A DNA stretch of 64,000 nt from Torpedo marmorata (lineage: Eukaryota): positions 25,606,001 to 25,670,000 of the forward strand of contig OZ360250.1 in assembly GCA_977017645.1 (NCBI GenBank). Reading direction: 5' to 3'. Below the pieces are notes generated by a model. The model did not search any database. It had not been told where the DNA came from and worked only from the letters and a program-made list of their open reading frames with translations. Positions 13,450-25,959 of the stretch are shown here, piece after piece. A program made the translations under genes and the position numbers. Each line of letters starts with the position of its first letter. Position 1 is the first letter of the stretch.

Positions 13450-15780
13450 ATAAAGTTAGACAGTGTGGAAACAGGCCTTTTGGCCCAAGTTGTCCATGCG
13501 AACTAAGATCTAAACACTAAACCCACTTACCTGCATTTGGCCCATATCCCTCTAAACATTTCTTGTTCAATATTTTTATTGGTTTCATCAAATAAATGTG
13601 ACATAGGTACATAACAATAGAATAAAATATTAACAAATCTTATATAATAGTAAAAATGATATTAAAACCTACGTAACATTAAAAAGAAGTGAAGAAAAAA
13701 AAACTATACTAATTATCTATTAATCAATCCCCTCTCTACGGAGGCTACTGGCTTAACACAAACAGTCCACTACTAATAATAAAAAAAAGGAAGATGAGGA
13801 GTGTGGGGTCAAAAACCAGAAATTAATTAATCTTACAAATTTTGAAAATAATTAAGAAAAGAACCCCATAAAGAAACAAAGTTAAGATTCATTTCAGTAG
13901 TGGAACATCAAATTTTTTCCAAAGTCAAACATGTCATCATATCAGACAACCATTGAGTGTGAGTGGGAGGGACAGCACCTTTCCATCTCATTAATATGGC
14001 CCTTCTAGCGATAAGGGAGGTGAGGGCAACTACACAGGATTTTGAAACAGTCAATATCAAACCTGTTGGCTCACTTATTCCAAAGAGAGCAAGAAAAGGA
14101 TTTGGAGTCAAAGTAATATTAAGAAGTAAAGACAAGGTACGAAATACCCCTTCCCAAAAATTGGAAAGAGGAGGACATAACCAGAACATATGATACAGTG
14201 TACCTTCTTCAGTTATACATTTATCACATTTAGAAGAGAGATTAGAATAGAATTTAGCCAATTGGACTTTAGAATAGTGGGCCTTAAATTGTAATAATGA
14301 GTGTCTAGCACAAAGAGAGGATGAATGCACTTGCTTCAAAATAGAGTTCCATGTAATTTCAGAAAATAGCTGTTGAAAATCTTGTTCCCATAGTTTTTTA
14401 ATTCCGTCCAGGGAACTGTCCCTAGAATTTAGAAGTAATTCATAAAGGCCAGATACCACCCCTTTATAATTAGGTTTGAAATTATAAATCATCCCTATCA
14501 TATTAGGCTCCAGGTCTTCAGGGAGCTTCAAAATCAAAGAATTCAAAAAGCTCCTAACCTGTAAATAATGAAAAAAGTGATGTCTGGGTATTTTAAATGT
14601 GGTGGATAATTGTTCAAAAGAAGCAAGATTTTGGTCAGTAAGGATATCTAAAAAGGATTGGATACCTAAATTTGACCAATGATAGTAACTGATATCTTGA
14701 ACCGAAGGTAAAAAGAAGGAATTACCTAAAATAGGACTAGTTAATAAGAATCTATGGTACCCAAAATGCTTTCTAAATTGAAACCAGATTCTCAATGTAT
14801 GTCTAACAACAAAATTAGCAGTTAATTTGGAGGCCAACCGTAAACATTTCTTATCAATGTACCTGTCCAAATGTCTTTTCAATATTGTAAATGTACCTGC
14901 TTCTACCACCTCCTCTGGCAGCTTGTCCAAATATAGCTGCTAGCATCTGTGCAAATTTTGCCCCTTAGGTCCCCTTTAAATCTTTTCCCCATTAATTTAA
15001 ACCTATACTTTGCAGTTTTAGACTTGCCTACTTGAGAAAAATGACTGGGACTACCTATGACTCTCATAACGTTGTATATCTCTACACGGCCACCCTTTAG
15101 CCTCCTTTACTCCAGGGAAAACAGTGCCAGCATATCTATTAACTTAAGACCTTCAGTCCAGGCAATAATCCTGTGAATCTTTTCTGCACCCTCTCTAGTT
15201 TAATCACAATCCTTGCTATAATGTGGCAACCAGAACTGTACACAATCCTCCTGGTGCGGCCTAAACAACGATTTGTAAAACTATAATGTGCTGTCCCAAC
15301 TCATTGCCTAGGCTGACGAAGGTAAGCATACCGCATGCCTTCTTCACCATCCTGTCTACCACTATGTACAGTACTTGTACCCTGGGTATCACTGTTAAAT
15401 AAAACTTCCCAGTGCCCTGTCTTTCATTGTGTATGCCCCGGTCTGCTTTAACTTCCCAAAATGCGTCACTTTACACTTGAATGAGTTAAATTCCATCAGC
15501 CATTTACTTGCCCACTTTCCCAATTGATCTGGATCCTGTTGAAACCTTAGACAACCTTCTTCACTGTCCATTATACCACCAATTTTGGTGTCATCTACAA
15601 ACTTATTAATTATGCTCCCTACATTCTTTCCTAAATCATTAACATATATGATGAATAATAAAGGGCCCAACACTAGTTTCAGGTCTAAAAATGGAAAAGC
15701 TTCCACTAACATCTTCTGCCTCCTACCACCATGCCAATTTTGCATCCAATTTGCTATTCAACCCTGGAACCCAACCATGT
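13450..15780 (-). mobile_element. CR1-clade LINE 3' part, interrupted by an L1 insertion
   Basis: ORF 15395-15745 'LGPLLFIIYVNDL..KFVDDTKIGG'; CR1 C-terminal 'LPEEVVEAGT..KRHLDRY'. Confidence 0.8.
13565..14840 (-). mobile_element. 5'-truncated L1/Tx1-clade LINE (ORF2 C-terminus + 3'UTR)
   Basis: CCHC motif CDKC...HMFWLC; 12-bp TSD TAAACATTTCTT at 13553-13564 and 14841-14852. Confidence 0.88.
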
Positions 15781-16011
15781 ACTCCAACCTGGACCAACCT
15801 GCAATGCACAACCTTGTTATACCATGGAGCTATACTGCAAGGAAACAGGCTCTTCAGCCCATTATTCACAGACACACCAAAGTATCTACTTCTGAGCCAG
15901 TTCCATTTGCCTGTGTTTGGCCCACATACCTCCAAATCTTTCCTATCCACGTACCTGCCTAAATGTCTTTAAACGTTGTAAAATCCATGAAGACAATGAC
16001 CACCATCATGC

Positions 16012-16717
16012 CCTTAAGTTCTTGGGAGTCACTACCTCAGACCCAACACACTAATGGCATCGTCAAGAAAGCATGTCAGCGCCTCTACTTCCTCAGGAGT
16101 TTGCGGAGGTTTGGTATGACATCAAAAACCCTAGCAAATTTCGACAGATGTGTGGTGGAAAGTGTGCTGACCAGCTGCATCATGGTCTGGTATGGGGACA
16201 CCCAATACCCCTGAGCATAAAGCCCTCCAAAAGGTAGTGGACACAGCCCAGGACATCACAGGCAAAACCATCCCCACCATCGAGAACATCTACAGGGAAC
16301 ACCGTCGTCGGAGAGCAGCAGCAATTATCAAGGATCCACACCACCCAGCACACGTTCTGTTCTCGCTGCTAACATCAGGAAAGAGGTATAGGTGCCACAA
16401 GACGCACCACCAGGTTCAGGAACAGCTGCTACCCCTCCACCATCAGACTCCTCAATGACAAACTCAATCAGGGACTCATTTAAGGACTCTTATTTTTGCA
16501 CTTTATTGATTTTTTAAAATTCTCTCTGTATTGCACAGTCAATTTCTTTACATTTCGTTATCTGTTTACAGTTCTTTATTTGTTTACATGTGTACATTGT
16601 GCACAGTTGTTTTTGCACTACCAATAAGAGGTAATTCTGCCTCGCCTGCAGGACAAAGAATCTCAGGGTTGTATGTGATGTCATGTATGTACTCTAATAA
16701 TAAATCTGAAATCTGAA
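16012..16717 (+). mobile_element. Rex1/Babar LINE 3' fragment
   Basis: KKACQRLYFLRSLRRFG...ESVLTSCIMVWYG and KDPHHPAHVLFSLLTSGKRYR are typical of the Rex1 C-terminus; tail aataa(atctgaa)2. Confidence 0.88.
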
Positions 16718-16926
16718 ACTAATCCTTGATTACCTCCTCGGAAAACTCAGTCAAATTTGTGATCAGTAAGTTTACAGATGCCGGAAAGACTGGCGGAGTT
16801 GCAGATAGTGCGGAGGATAGTATCAGTCTTCATATCAATGTGTCAGTTCAATGAGTTGAGAAATGGCGGATGGAGTTTAATCACTATTTCCATCCACAGG
16901 AGTTAGGAAGAGTTAATCTTCCTAAG

Positions 16927-17721
16927 TTACTGAGTTACAATGGCGGCACTGGTGTGGACCCGCGGGGAGCAAGGGAGAGGAGATGCAGCGCTCCCGCGGG
17001 GTCCAGCCGCCCAGTCGTTGAGGTAGCCGATGGTGGTTTTATTTGAAATCCCGCGACCGCGGGGTCTGCGCCCAAGATGGCAGTGCCTATTAATCGGCAG
17101 CAGCCACAGACTCCAGGGAAGTGGAGGACTGGAGCAGGGCACCAGAGGGCAGAAAGATCACCCCCGTCTGAGAAGGAGAAGCAAAGGAGACGACCCTCGG
17201 GACGGTGACCACGGTGGTGAACCGGTGAGGGGCTCTGAGGCTGAAGGACCACTGCATGCGGCGGGCTGCTGGCGACTCGAGGCGAGGAACCCGCGGAGGC
17301 TGTGGGCTGCTGGAGACTGCTGTCGGGGGACTCACGCCGGGCTGCGGACTGCTGGAGGCTGGCTCGAACTGGCTGGAGGATTACCAGGTATCGGAACCGG
17401 GATGCGAGGGGGTGCCGAGGGCACCGAAGGGTTCCTGACCGTGTCGGAGGTTCGGATCTGGAGCTCGGGTTGTCGATGGTTTGGACTGGACTCTGTGTGG
17501 CTGCGGAGGCTGCGGAAGCGCTGGAGGCAAATCTACGGACACTCGGTGACTCTGGGGGGGATTCTCTTTTGCTTCTCTTTCTCTGACTGTAAGGAATGTA
17601 AGAGGCGCTTAGGCAATTTCTGCCGGTGGCGAATCTGTCTGCCTTGCAGCAGGCAAAAAGAAATTTCAAGGAATATGACACTGTTTTATTACTATGACAA
17701 TAAATTGAATCTTGAATCTTG
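16927..17721 (+). mobile_element. Non-coding, non-autonomous retroelement: GC-rich head + Rex1-like tail
   Basis: AAGATGGC at 17074-17081; tail 17597-17721 aligns with the SINE tail at 48763-48886 and ends gacaataaa(ttgaatc)2; homologous copy at about 40.0-40.6 kb. Confidence 0.72.
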
Positions 17722-18106
17722 TATGATAATTTATCTCTTCCCTTGGCCGGAGACATTGTTACTTTCAATAACTCACTCAACCACCCTGGGCAGCACCTGT
17801 TCACTTAGTACAGGCCAGGGAGCAAACATGTCATCTTCCTGGCTTGAACTCTCAGTGTCTTTGTACATGTGTCAGCAGTGGGGCAGCAAGACTTTGTTTA
17901 ATTATTAAATAAAAACCAACACACATCTTGGAGCTTCTGACCACAGTTAGCTGCTTTGTGATTATGAGGATTACACTTTCTTATCAATTTGAAGACCTTC
18001 AATCAGATTTTTGGTTTATTTCCACCTTAACATCTGAAGTTTGAAGAATGCTTACATACATGGTTTTATCTTGTCTCCCTGCTATCTGAGACCCTTGGTT
18101 CAATAC

Positions 18107-18302
18107 TATATATATCTCAATGATGCACATGCGAGAAAAACATTTGGAATCAAGTTCACTGCACTTTGCACCAGCTCTCGGCGCTGTGCAGACACAACCC
18201 GTCTGTCCTTTCTGCACAATTTCTTTAGCTTATCTCATGAACACCTTGATTTCGCAAACTTGGAGCTGAGCTTGCAACCAGCAGATTGTTTTTTTAAAAA
18301 AG
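18107..18302 (+). promoter_or_regulatory. MYOZ1: MYOZ1 TATA-like box and probable non-coding exon 1
   Basis: TATATATA at 18107-18114; consensus donor AAG|GTAAGT after 18302; the next exon carries the ATG. TSS is inferred. Confidence 0.6.
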
Positions 18303-18743
18303 GTAAGTCATTGCAAACACCTGCACATTATGAGATAATGTTGGATAATCTGGCAGCGACTGTATCTTCCCGGATTTGTTAATAAGCAGCAATGGATCTC
18401 AGGTTCAGAGCTTTATATGGTTGACCTACCAGAACGGTTCTCTCTAAATATCTTTGCTATCGAAATGTTTGTCTGCTGAAAATATGAATAACACTGAATT
18501 AACATTATTTACTTCTGTGCATTCATTACTGTGGATGGAGTAACTGTCCAATATATCAAGAGCAGAACATTTAGCTTGTGTTTCTTAATGTCAATAACTT
18601 CAGAGTATTAATGAGAATTAAACTAAGTTTGATTACTTTGCAGTCTTAAGAGTACTTCCCCAGGTTGAATGTTATTGCCAAAACGTGTGCTTTTTCTTCC
18701 TCGCTCTTCAGTGGCAAGAAAGAAAGGGCAGACCCCATTGATC

Positions 18744-18819
18744 ATGCCGTTAGCTGGAACCCCCGCACCCTCCAAGAGGAAAAGGTCATCGAGAATCATT
18801 ACAAAAACGATGCAAGATG
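18744..18819 (+). CDS. MYOZ1: Myozenin-1 (calsarcin-2/FATZ-1), first coding exon (exon starts 18712)
   Basis: MPLAGTPAPSKRKRSSRIITKTMQD resembles the MYOZ1 N-terminus MPLSGTPAPNKKRKSSKLI. Acceptor ctcttcAG 18710-18711; donor G|GTAGGT, phase 1. Too short for the ORF track. Confidence 0.92.
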
Positions 18820-19389
18820 GTAGGTCCAACACTTGAGAGCCTCCGCACACATCTAGGATCACGGCTTTCCCTATAAAGATACTGGGCTCTCCCAAAAAGA
18901 GATGAAGCGGTTTCTCGGATTACAGGGTCACTGATGGGATTTGTCGCATCTGATTTAGAACGGTAAACGGCATTTCTATGGTGGTTAATAGAGAACAACG
19001 GACCTTTTCTGTTTGAGCGTGGAGTTTTGAAGGCTGCATTTATTAATAAACATGCAATCGTACCCCACGTTTTTTTTTAAAGCAGTCACTGATTGGTCAA
19101 TTTACCAATAGAGAAAGATTGAATATTTTTCGATTTATTTTTCAGTCTGTGCGTCCTGTAATTTTATGGAATTTGCGCAGTCTGTCCTCTCCTCTCCGTA
19201 CTCGGCAGTGCCCAGACGTGAAGCTTGTGATTTACTGAGCAGCGTCTCCAGTCTTTCCCCACGCTCGCCTGTGATTCCAGCCTCCAAGGCAAGGGGAATT
19301 GACGAGAGCGCAGTCCAAAACCCCAGCGCCAAAGGTGGGTCTCACTGGCGCTTCCCCCCGGATAACTGGGTCCCATTCTCCACAAACAG

Positions 19390-19559
19390 CCGGAGCCGAG
19401 ATTAACTTCGGGAAGAAGATCAGCATCCCCCGGGATGTGATGTTGGAGGAACTTTCGCTGTTGAAGAATAAAGGATCCCAGATGTTCAAAGAGCGACAAC
19501 GCAGGGTGGAGAGATTCATCTATGAGTCACATCCCGACGTCTTTAACCCAGATTCGATG
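19390..19559 (+). CDS. MYOZ1: Myozenin-1 coding exon 2
   Basis: GAEINFGKKISIPRDVMLEELSLLKNKGSQMFKERQRRVERFIYESHPDVFNPDSM is the calsarcin motif. Donor ATG|GTATGC, phase 0. Acceptor aaacAG 19388-19389 gives the required phase 1, but this 5' boundary is less certain. Confidence 0.9.
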
Positions 19560-20326
19560 GTATGCATTTCTTCATTCAGGATGTTCAAATAAAGATTCAT
19601 GCACAACCTTTAATCCTATCTCAGAACAAATTTTGGACACATTCTCCCCATTCTATTTAACCTTGCCACTCATGGCACCTTCCCATTTCTCCTGAGGAAT
19701 TTCCTATTGTCTGACAGTGAACGTTCACCACCTGAGATAAAGGGAATCCTAACAAAAAATGCTGTGATGAATATTTAGGTATGGGAAGGCCACAGGCTAT
19801 TACTGTACCCAATGATACTCATACCTTCACCTTTGCTTTCTTTGCTTTCTCAACTACCAGATGTGCTAAGTTTAACATTTAACTGGCTGAGTCAGTCATC
19901 TCCATCTCATGTACTGTTGGGCCAAATCCTGTACTTTCCCAGCTCATCCCTGAGAAAGGATCTTCTGACTTCCTTCCATTGTTGTTAAAGTCTTCCTCAA
20001 ATGATTGCCCCCCTGCCCTCATCAACCACACCCCTGACAAGAAGGGTGAGGTCCCACTTACACCAAAATGGACCCTCTCCTTTCAGTCCCAATCCCCTGG
20101 CTCACCTGAGAACTCTATCCCGATCATTCCTGAATCCTGATCACTCAACATTGTCACTTCTGTCTCCCCCATGCACCACTTAATCTCATAAAACCAATCC
20201 TTTGCTCTCTTACTCCATTCTCACTAAACTTCTGACTGTACAAACTTCTCTTCCAGGGGCCTGTGTGTTCTTCAGCCGCAGAGCTCCTCACTGGTCCGCC
20301 GCCATAGTCGTCTCCTCTTCATCCAT

Positions 20327-20555
20327 AAATTAAATTTAAATTTAGACATACAGCATGGTAACAGACCCATGAGCCCGTGCCGACCGAATACCCCAATTAA
20401 CCTACAATCCCCATATGTTTTTGAAGATAGGAGGAAACTGGAGATCTGGAGGAAATCCACGCAGACACGGGGAAAGCGTATAAACTCCTTTCAGACAGCG
20501 CTGGATTCGAACCCCAGTTACTGGCACTGTAATAGCATTGTGCTAACCATGCCGC
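20327..20555 (-). mobile_element. V-SINE (same family as 9571-9815)
   Basis: Direct similarity: tttagacatacagca.ggtaacag...gaggaaac...ggattcgaacc. Confidence 0.85.
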
Positions 20556-22005
20556 TCATCTGCTGTAACCTTGGTTTTGGTTGACATGGCACCACCTCCC
20601 AGATCTAGGTCTCCTATATTTACCTTGAACATTTGCTCCCTCTGTGTAATCTAACTGTGGACCAACATCCAATGTTGGATGAGTTCAAATTTTATCTAAC
20701 TAAGCCTTGGGAAAATCGAAGTGATTCCTTTGGTTCCTGTCATTGATTCTATTCCGTTCTTTCAATTAAATCTCATGTTGAACCAGACTATCATTCTCAG
20801 CCAATTACTAGTAAATGTAGGAATCCTTCTTTACAAAGAGGATCATGGGACAGTAGTTGTGCTGGACGGAAGCAAATACTATCATCATCACAAGAGATTT
20901 AGTATTCAGCAAATTAATGGGGCAAAAGTCTACTGGATGGCCTGTGTCCTAGAATCCTAAAAGAAGTAGCTACCAAGGTAATGGATGCATCATTTATATC
21001 CTCCAAAAATCCTTAAATTCCAGAAGTAGATCAGACTGTGGAATAAGAATCGTCAGTTTTCTATCCAGACCATTGAATAAAAAAAAGAGAAGAATAAACG
21101 TGGAACTCCTATAAGATGGTAATTAGTTAAAAATTATTGAACTTATTTGAGTATTGGATGATACCATGCAAGGGGAATAGAAAAACACTGGATCCACAAG
21201 CATTTATCAGGATTGGTGAGATTTTACATATAACGTAGAACACTACAGCACAGTACAGGCCCTTTGGCCATCGATGTTGTGCCGACCTATATATTCCTAC
21301 TGAAAAATTATTCAAGATGGGTTCTCAAAGTATAAGAGCAGAAGAGAAGGTATTTGATCATGAAAAAAAATTAATCCAACAGATCATGTGACCTGTTTTC
21401 TGTTCATGGTTCAATTATGTTTTCAAATTCAATAGGATTAAAGGGAGAAGATATCAAGAAACAACAGAATGGTTTGAGTGATGGGACTAGGTTAATTGAA
21501 ACTCTATAGAAGAACATTTCCAAATTGATCAAGTAAAACAGGGATGGTGAAGAGCTGAATAAAACAAAGGACTTGGTTAATCGAGGTCTGACAGGAAAAT
21601 CTGGCAGCAACAGATAGGCAGGATTGTGGAAGTATTGGGGATTATTTTTTAAAGGAAAACATCACCATTACTCTTCAATTGGCAGTATTGCCTTACTTAA
21701 TGAACTTTGCCATGAATAAAGGGCCTTAAGGCTCCTGGACACTACACCACTTCAGGTTTATTGGACCTGACAATGCTCCATACGCTGCTCTTTTTCTGCA
21801 CTTCATTTACCCGCCCCATCTCAAAATGCCAAATACATCCATAACTGGAAACAGTAAAGCCTTGTTCAAGTAATAGAAGTTGAAAAACAAGCTCTGAAGC
21901 CAACTTCAATTGAAACTAACTAGAATCCTGATCTCCTCACCTCTGAAGATTGATTAAAGTTTAATAAGTTTCATGTTTTTTTTCCCCCCAAATTTAATTT
22001 TCCAG

Positions 22006-22267
22006 GACAACCTCCAGAAATTCCTCCCTGGCTCTGGTGTTGTGCTGAAGACTGGGCCAGGTGGTATCCAGGTAATTGGAGAGGTGAACTCCAAATTCCA
22101 AAGTGGGTACAGCCATTCTGGAACACATTCAAAGGGCGCAGCACCAGCACCGTACCCAAAACCTCAGCATCTTGCCGCTGTCTCTGGGATCATTGGGAAA
22201 CAAGGAAGTGGCCAAGGAGATGGAGGGAGCGGAGGGGCTGGCGGTCCAGAGGGAAGTGGGGTTCAGG
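22006..22267 (+). CDS. MYOZ1: Myozenin-1 coding exon 3 (Gly-rich)
   Basis: DNLQKFLPGSG...GSGQGDGGSGGAGGPEGSGVQ; acceptor tttccAG 22004-22005; donor G|GTAAGC; phases 0/1. Confidence 0.92.
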
Positions 22268-23589
22268 GTAAGCATGTGAATTAGGTTCACCTTTCAAACA
22301 CTGAATAGACTTTGCAGAACTTACTTAGAAGAGAGGATGAAAGAGTGAGTAAGATTACACTGGAACCTTGTCAGTAAATACTGAAGTACTCTGAAGCAGT
22401 ATTAGCTATTCCACCTCATGATGCATATTTGCATGGTAGGGAAGGATAGATGGGCAAACAGTGAGCAGGCAATTCAGAGGAAAAGAAGAGATGGTTTTGT
22501 TGTGTCAGTGTTGGGAGCCTATCCATCTCCACAAAATTCTAAAAGTGTTTGAAGATTTTAACCTTTCCCCAGAGTCTCCATTCCAGAGACCTTTGAAGTC
22601 TACCGAAGACTTGGAAATGCCAATGAGCATTGATCATCATATGACTTGAATATTAGAATAAAGTCTACATTTTACACAGCTAGCAAAGCTGCAGTGAAAA
22701 TAAAGACTATAACCAATTTCAAATTGGTTTGAACGCATGATGTTCAGTTACGAAATTGGTTAACATCGGATGTGTTGGTTCCATAAAATATGTGCAGTAA
22801 TGTTAACAGACTACTTTACATTACATTGAATGTCAATGCATCTCCTTTATCAATCAATGCACAGAAGAAACCCAAATTGAACCTATGAAAATTGGGAAGA
22901 CATTCAGCACCAATTTAGAAACAAGGTTTTCCCCTCAGTGTTGACAATGACCAAGGAAAGAGTTGTTTTTTTTTTCTGTTGCACTGAGTTGTTGAACAGG
23001 TGAACTTAAAAGAAGTGCAACTTTAACAAAATGCTATATCAGGAGTTTGGTTGGCATGAGAATTTGGTGCAGAGCAAAAAGAGAAGTTGCTTTATCCCTC
23101 CAATAGATGATGATTTACGCAAGCATCAGGAAGTTAAGTACAGTACAGGTATTTGCATTTTATCGAGAGCTTATATGCGTTAAACTGTTTTCCTTAAGAT
23201 AAAGGTGGATACATAGCATTGAATATATTTACAATAGCTCAGCAATAGTCGAAAACAAGTAAATAGAAGCCTCAGCTGATATATAAAATAAATATTGGGA
23301 AATGAAAACTTAACAAAAATAATCTGTGTCTGATGTTAAGAATAATATTACTTCAAAAGAAAAGGCTGATAATGTTGTCAAGAAGAGTAGTAAACCTGAC
23401 GATTTGGGTAAAAGGTAACAGTGAATAATTTAAAAAAGAAAAAGGAAGAAATAGATTATAAATAAACAAAAATACATAAAAATAGTTAGAAATTTTAAAT
23501 CAGTAAAAGGAAGAGTAATGATAGTTAACATTATAATGTGAATTGTTTGAGCATTAACTAAATATTTTGTATTTATCTTCATGCAGAAG

Positions 23590-24980
23590 AAATAATAAGT
23601 GGAACAATAAGGGTTTTGGTAAAAATAATTACTATCACAAAAGATAAGGTACAGGAGGAAGTAAGGGGATTGAAACTAAACAAATCTGCATCTGATAAAC
23701 TACCCAGTTTTTAAAAAATCTGTCTGTGGAATAGCTGAATTAGTGATACTTCAAAATTCCTTAGGTTCTGGAACTGTTCCAGTAGTAAATACAACACTGC
23801 ATTTTAAGAAGAAAGTGAGAAAATGTAAGAAACTACAAATCTGTTACCCTGGCATATGTTGTCATCTAAACATTGGAATCTATTATTATGAATGTTGTAG
23901 TTGGTATAAGGTGGATTATATTTTGATTACGTAGAGGCAACATGCCTTGAGATTTGATAAACCTTGTACAATTTTTAGAGGTTGGAATTTTGGCAGGAAA
24001 AGTAATAGATGACATTTTCAAAATGGAATAATTAGGTACCGCACTATAGTTATTAAATGAAACCAGGATTATTGGGAATGAATAGAGGATTGATTAATGG
24101 ACAGAAAACATAATAGGAATAAATGGGTCCGATTCAGGATGCCACATGGATCACTGTGGGGCCCTACGTTTTCACAATTTATATTAAAAACGTGTGAAAA
24201 ATCACTTCTCCCAAGTACGAAACTCGATGCAACCAGCAGGCAAAACAGCTCCAAAGGGATACAGATTATTTATGCAAATAGTCAATAACATGAAATATAA
24301 TGTGCCGTGCAATTAGAAAACAATATTTTTCAATGGTGTAAAACTAGTAAATTTTGGTATACAGAGGTATGCTAATTCATGAACGAAGATAATAAGTATG
24401 CAAAGAATTAGGAAGGCACATGTCATGATAGTCTTAACACGAGAGGGTTGGAATGCAAAAGAAAGGAAGTATTTCTAAATTGTTTAGGACTTTGCAGAAG
24501 TCTCAGACAAGTGTGCAGTTTTGATCTTTGTTCCCAAAGAAGGATCATTTTGATAGATTCATTGGAATGATAGGGTTGTCTAATGAAGAAAGATTGAGTA
24601 AGGTTGGCCCATACTCAGGTGTTAAAAAATATGTGATCTATCTGGGAAATGCATTCTGAGAAGGATTGATATAGTAGATGCTGAAAGAAGGTTTACTCCA
24701 CTTGGCGAATCTACTAGAACAAGGAGGCATATTCTCTGAAACTGAGATTTCTTTATATGACCCCTGCAATTTACCTTAAGTTGAGTGAATTCAATCAAGA
24801 CTAAGGTGATAGGGTTCTGAACACAAAAGAATATAGGTACAGGTGGTGGTAGGTGATATCATGTGTGTACTCTGACAATAAATATGAACTTTTCAACTTT
24901 GGGTTGTGGAAATGGGAATTGAGGACCTGTAGTTTGAGATGTGGAATCAATCATATTATTGATGCTGGAGCAGACTTGAG
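23590..24980 (+). mobile_element. Heavily degraded CR1-like LINE
   Basis: Residual RT-like 'MPHGSLWGPTFSQ' and CR1-type 3' sequence. Boundaries approximate. Confidence 0.5.
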
Positions 24981-25198
24981 AGATTATATAACCCTCATCT
25001 AATTTATGTTTTGTTCTTTTAAGCACAGAAAGGTGTAAGTGGATTTGCAATGTGCACTGTCACATAAATGAGTACTGGCACATCTCTACTGTCCTGGTGA
25101 TCAGCACTATGTGAGCTGGAATGTTAAAATGGCATCATGTTAAAAACCACTGGCCATTCAGCCCCTCACTTTTTATGATGGTGTTTGCTCCCTGACAG

Positions 25199-25385
25199 GT
25201 GCAGGTGATGATAAGAAAGGAGCTGGAGGAGGAGGCGGCAAAAAATACACATCGATAATCAAAACCTATGTGTCACCCTGGGAACATGCCATGGGGAATG
25301 ATCCGGAGCTGAAGTCTACCATGAGTCTTCACATGGAACGACCAGGCGCTGCACCAAAACTTCATGCTTACAAGTGTTTCAACAG
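25199..25385 (+). CDS. MYOZ1: Myozenin-1 coding exon 4
   Basis: Manual translation gives GAGDDKKGAGGGGGKKYTSIIKTYVSPWEHAMGNDPELK...AYKCFNR (KTYxSPWE and FNR motifs). Acceptor ctgacAG; donor AG|GTGAGG; phases 1/2. Confidence 0.93.
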
Positions 25386-25959
25386 GTGAGGCTTCTGGCA
25401 TAAAATGAACAGACGGAGTCAGAACTACACAGCCCAGGACATAACATTGAGGGAGATTTTTCACCTTCACCCCCTTTGATGATTATTTGTCCAGTGTAGG
25501 TGATGAAGCCAAATGTGATCAGAGAAGCAGGTACAGGGGAGGTGAAGTGTTGCATTTGGGCAGGAAATCCACTCTGCCTGGAATGAAAGTGAAAATTACA
25601 CTACCTTTCATTTCCCCCAACTTACTCCATGCTATAATTTCACACCAACAATTACTACCATTTTAGTACCCCCCTCAGTTTGTTATTTTATTGGCACTTT
25701 CAAGAACCAATCAGATTCAATAAATTCATTGGTGAGCAATTAGAACTGTCCTGGTAGTGTTAGAATTAAATAAATCCACTTAAAAATGGTCAACCACATT
25801 TAAGCTCTGGCAACCAGCTCCCCAGTAAAATAGTTTAAGGGAGTTTTACAATTGCTCAGTCAGCCACCTAGTGAAAAATCTTGTTCTGTACTTGGCAAAA
25901 GTTGGTAGAGCACTGAAGATCAGTTCATCAATATCACAAGGATTAATCACCTTGGAACA

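Noticed and set aside
16935-17908. Overlapping 289-aa and 292-aa ORFs
   Set aside because: GC-rich repeat with no recognisable domain; the frames run across the element boundary.
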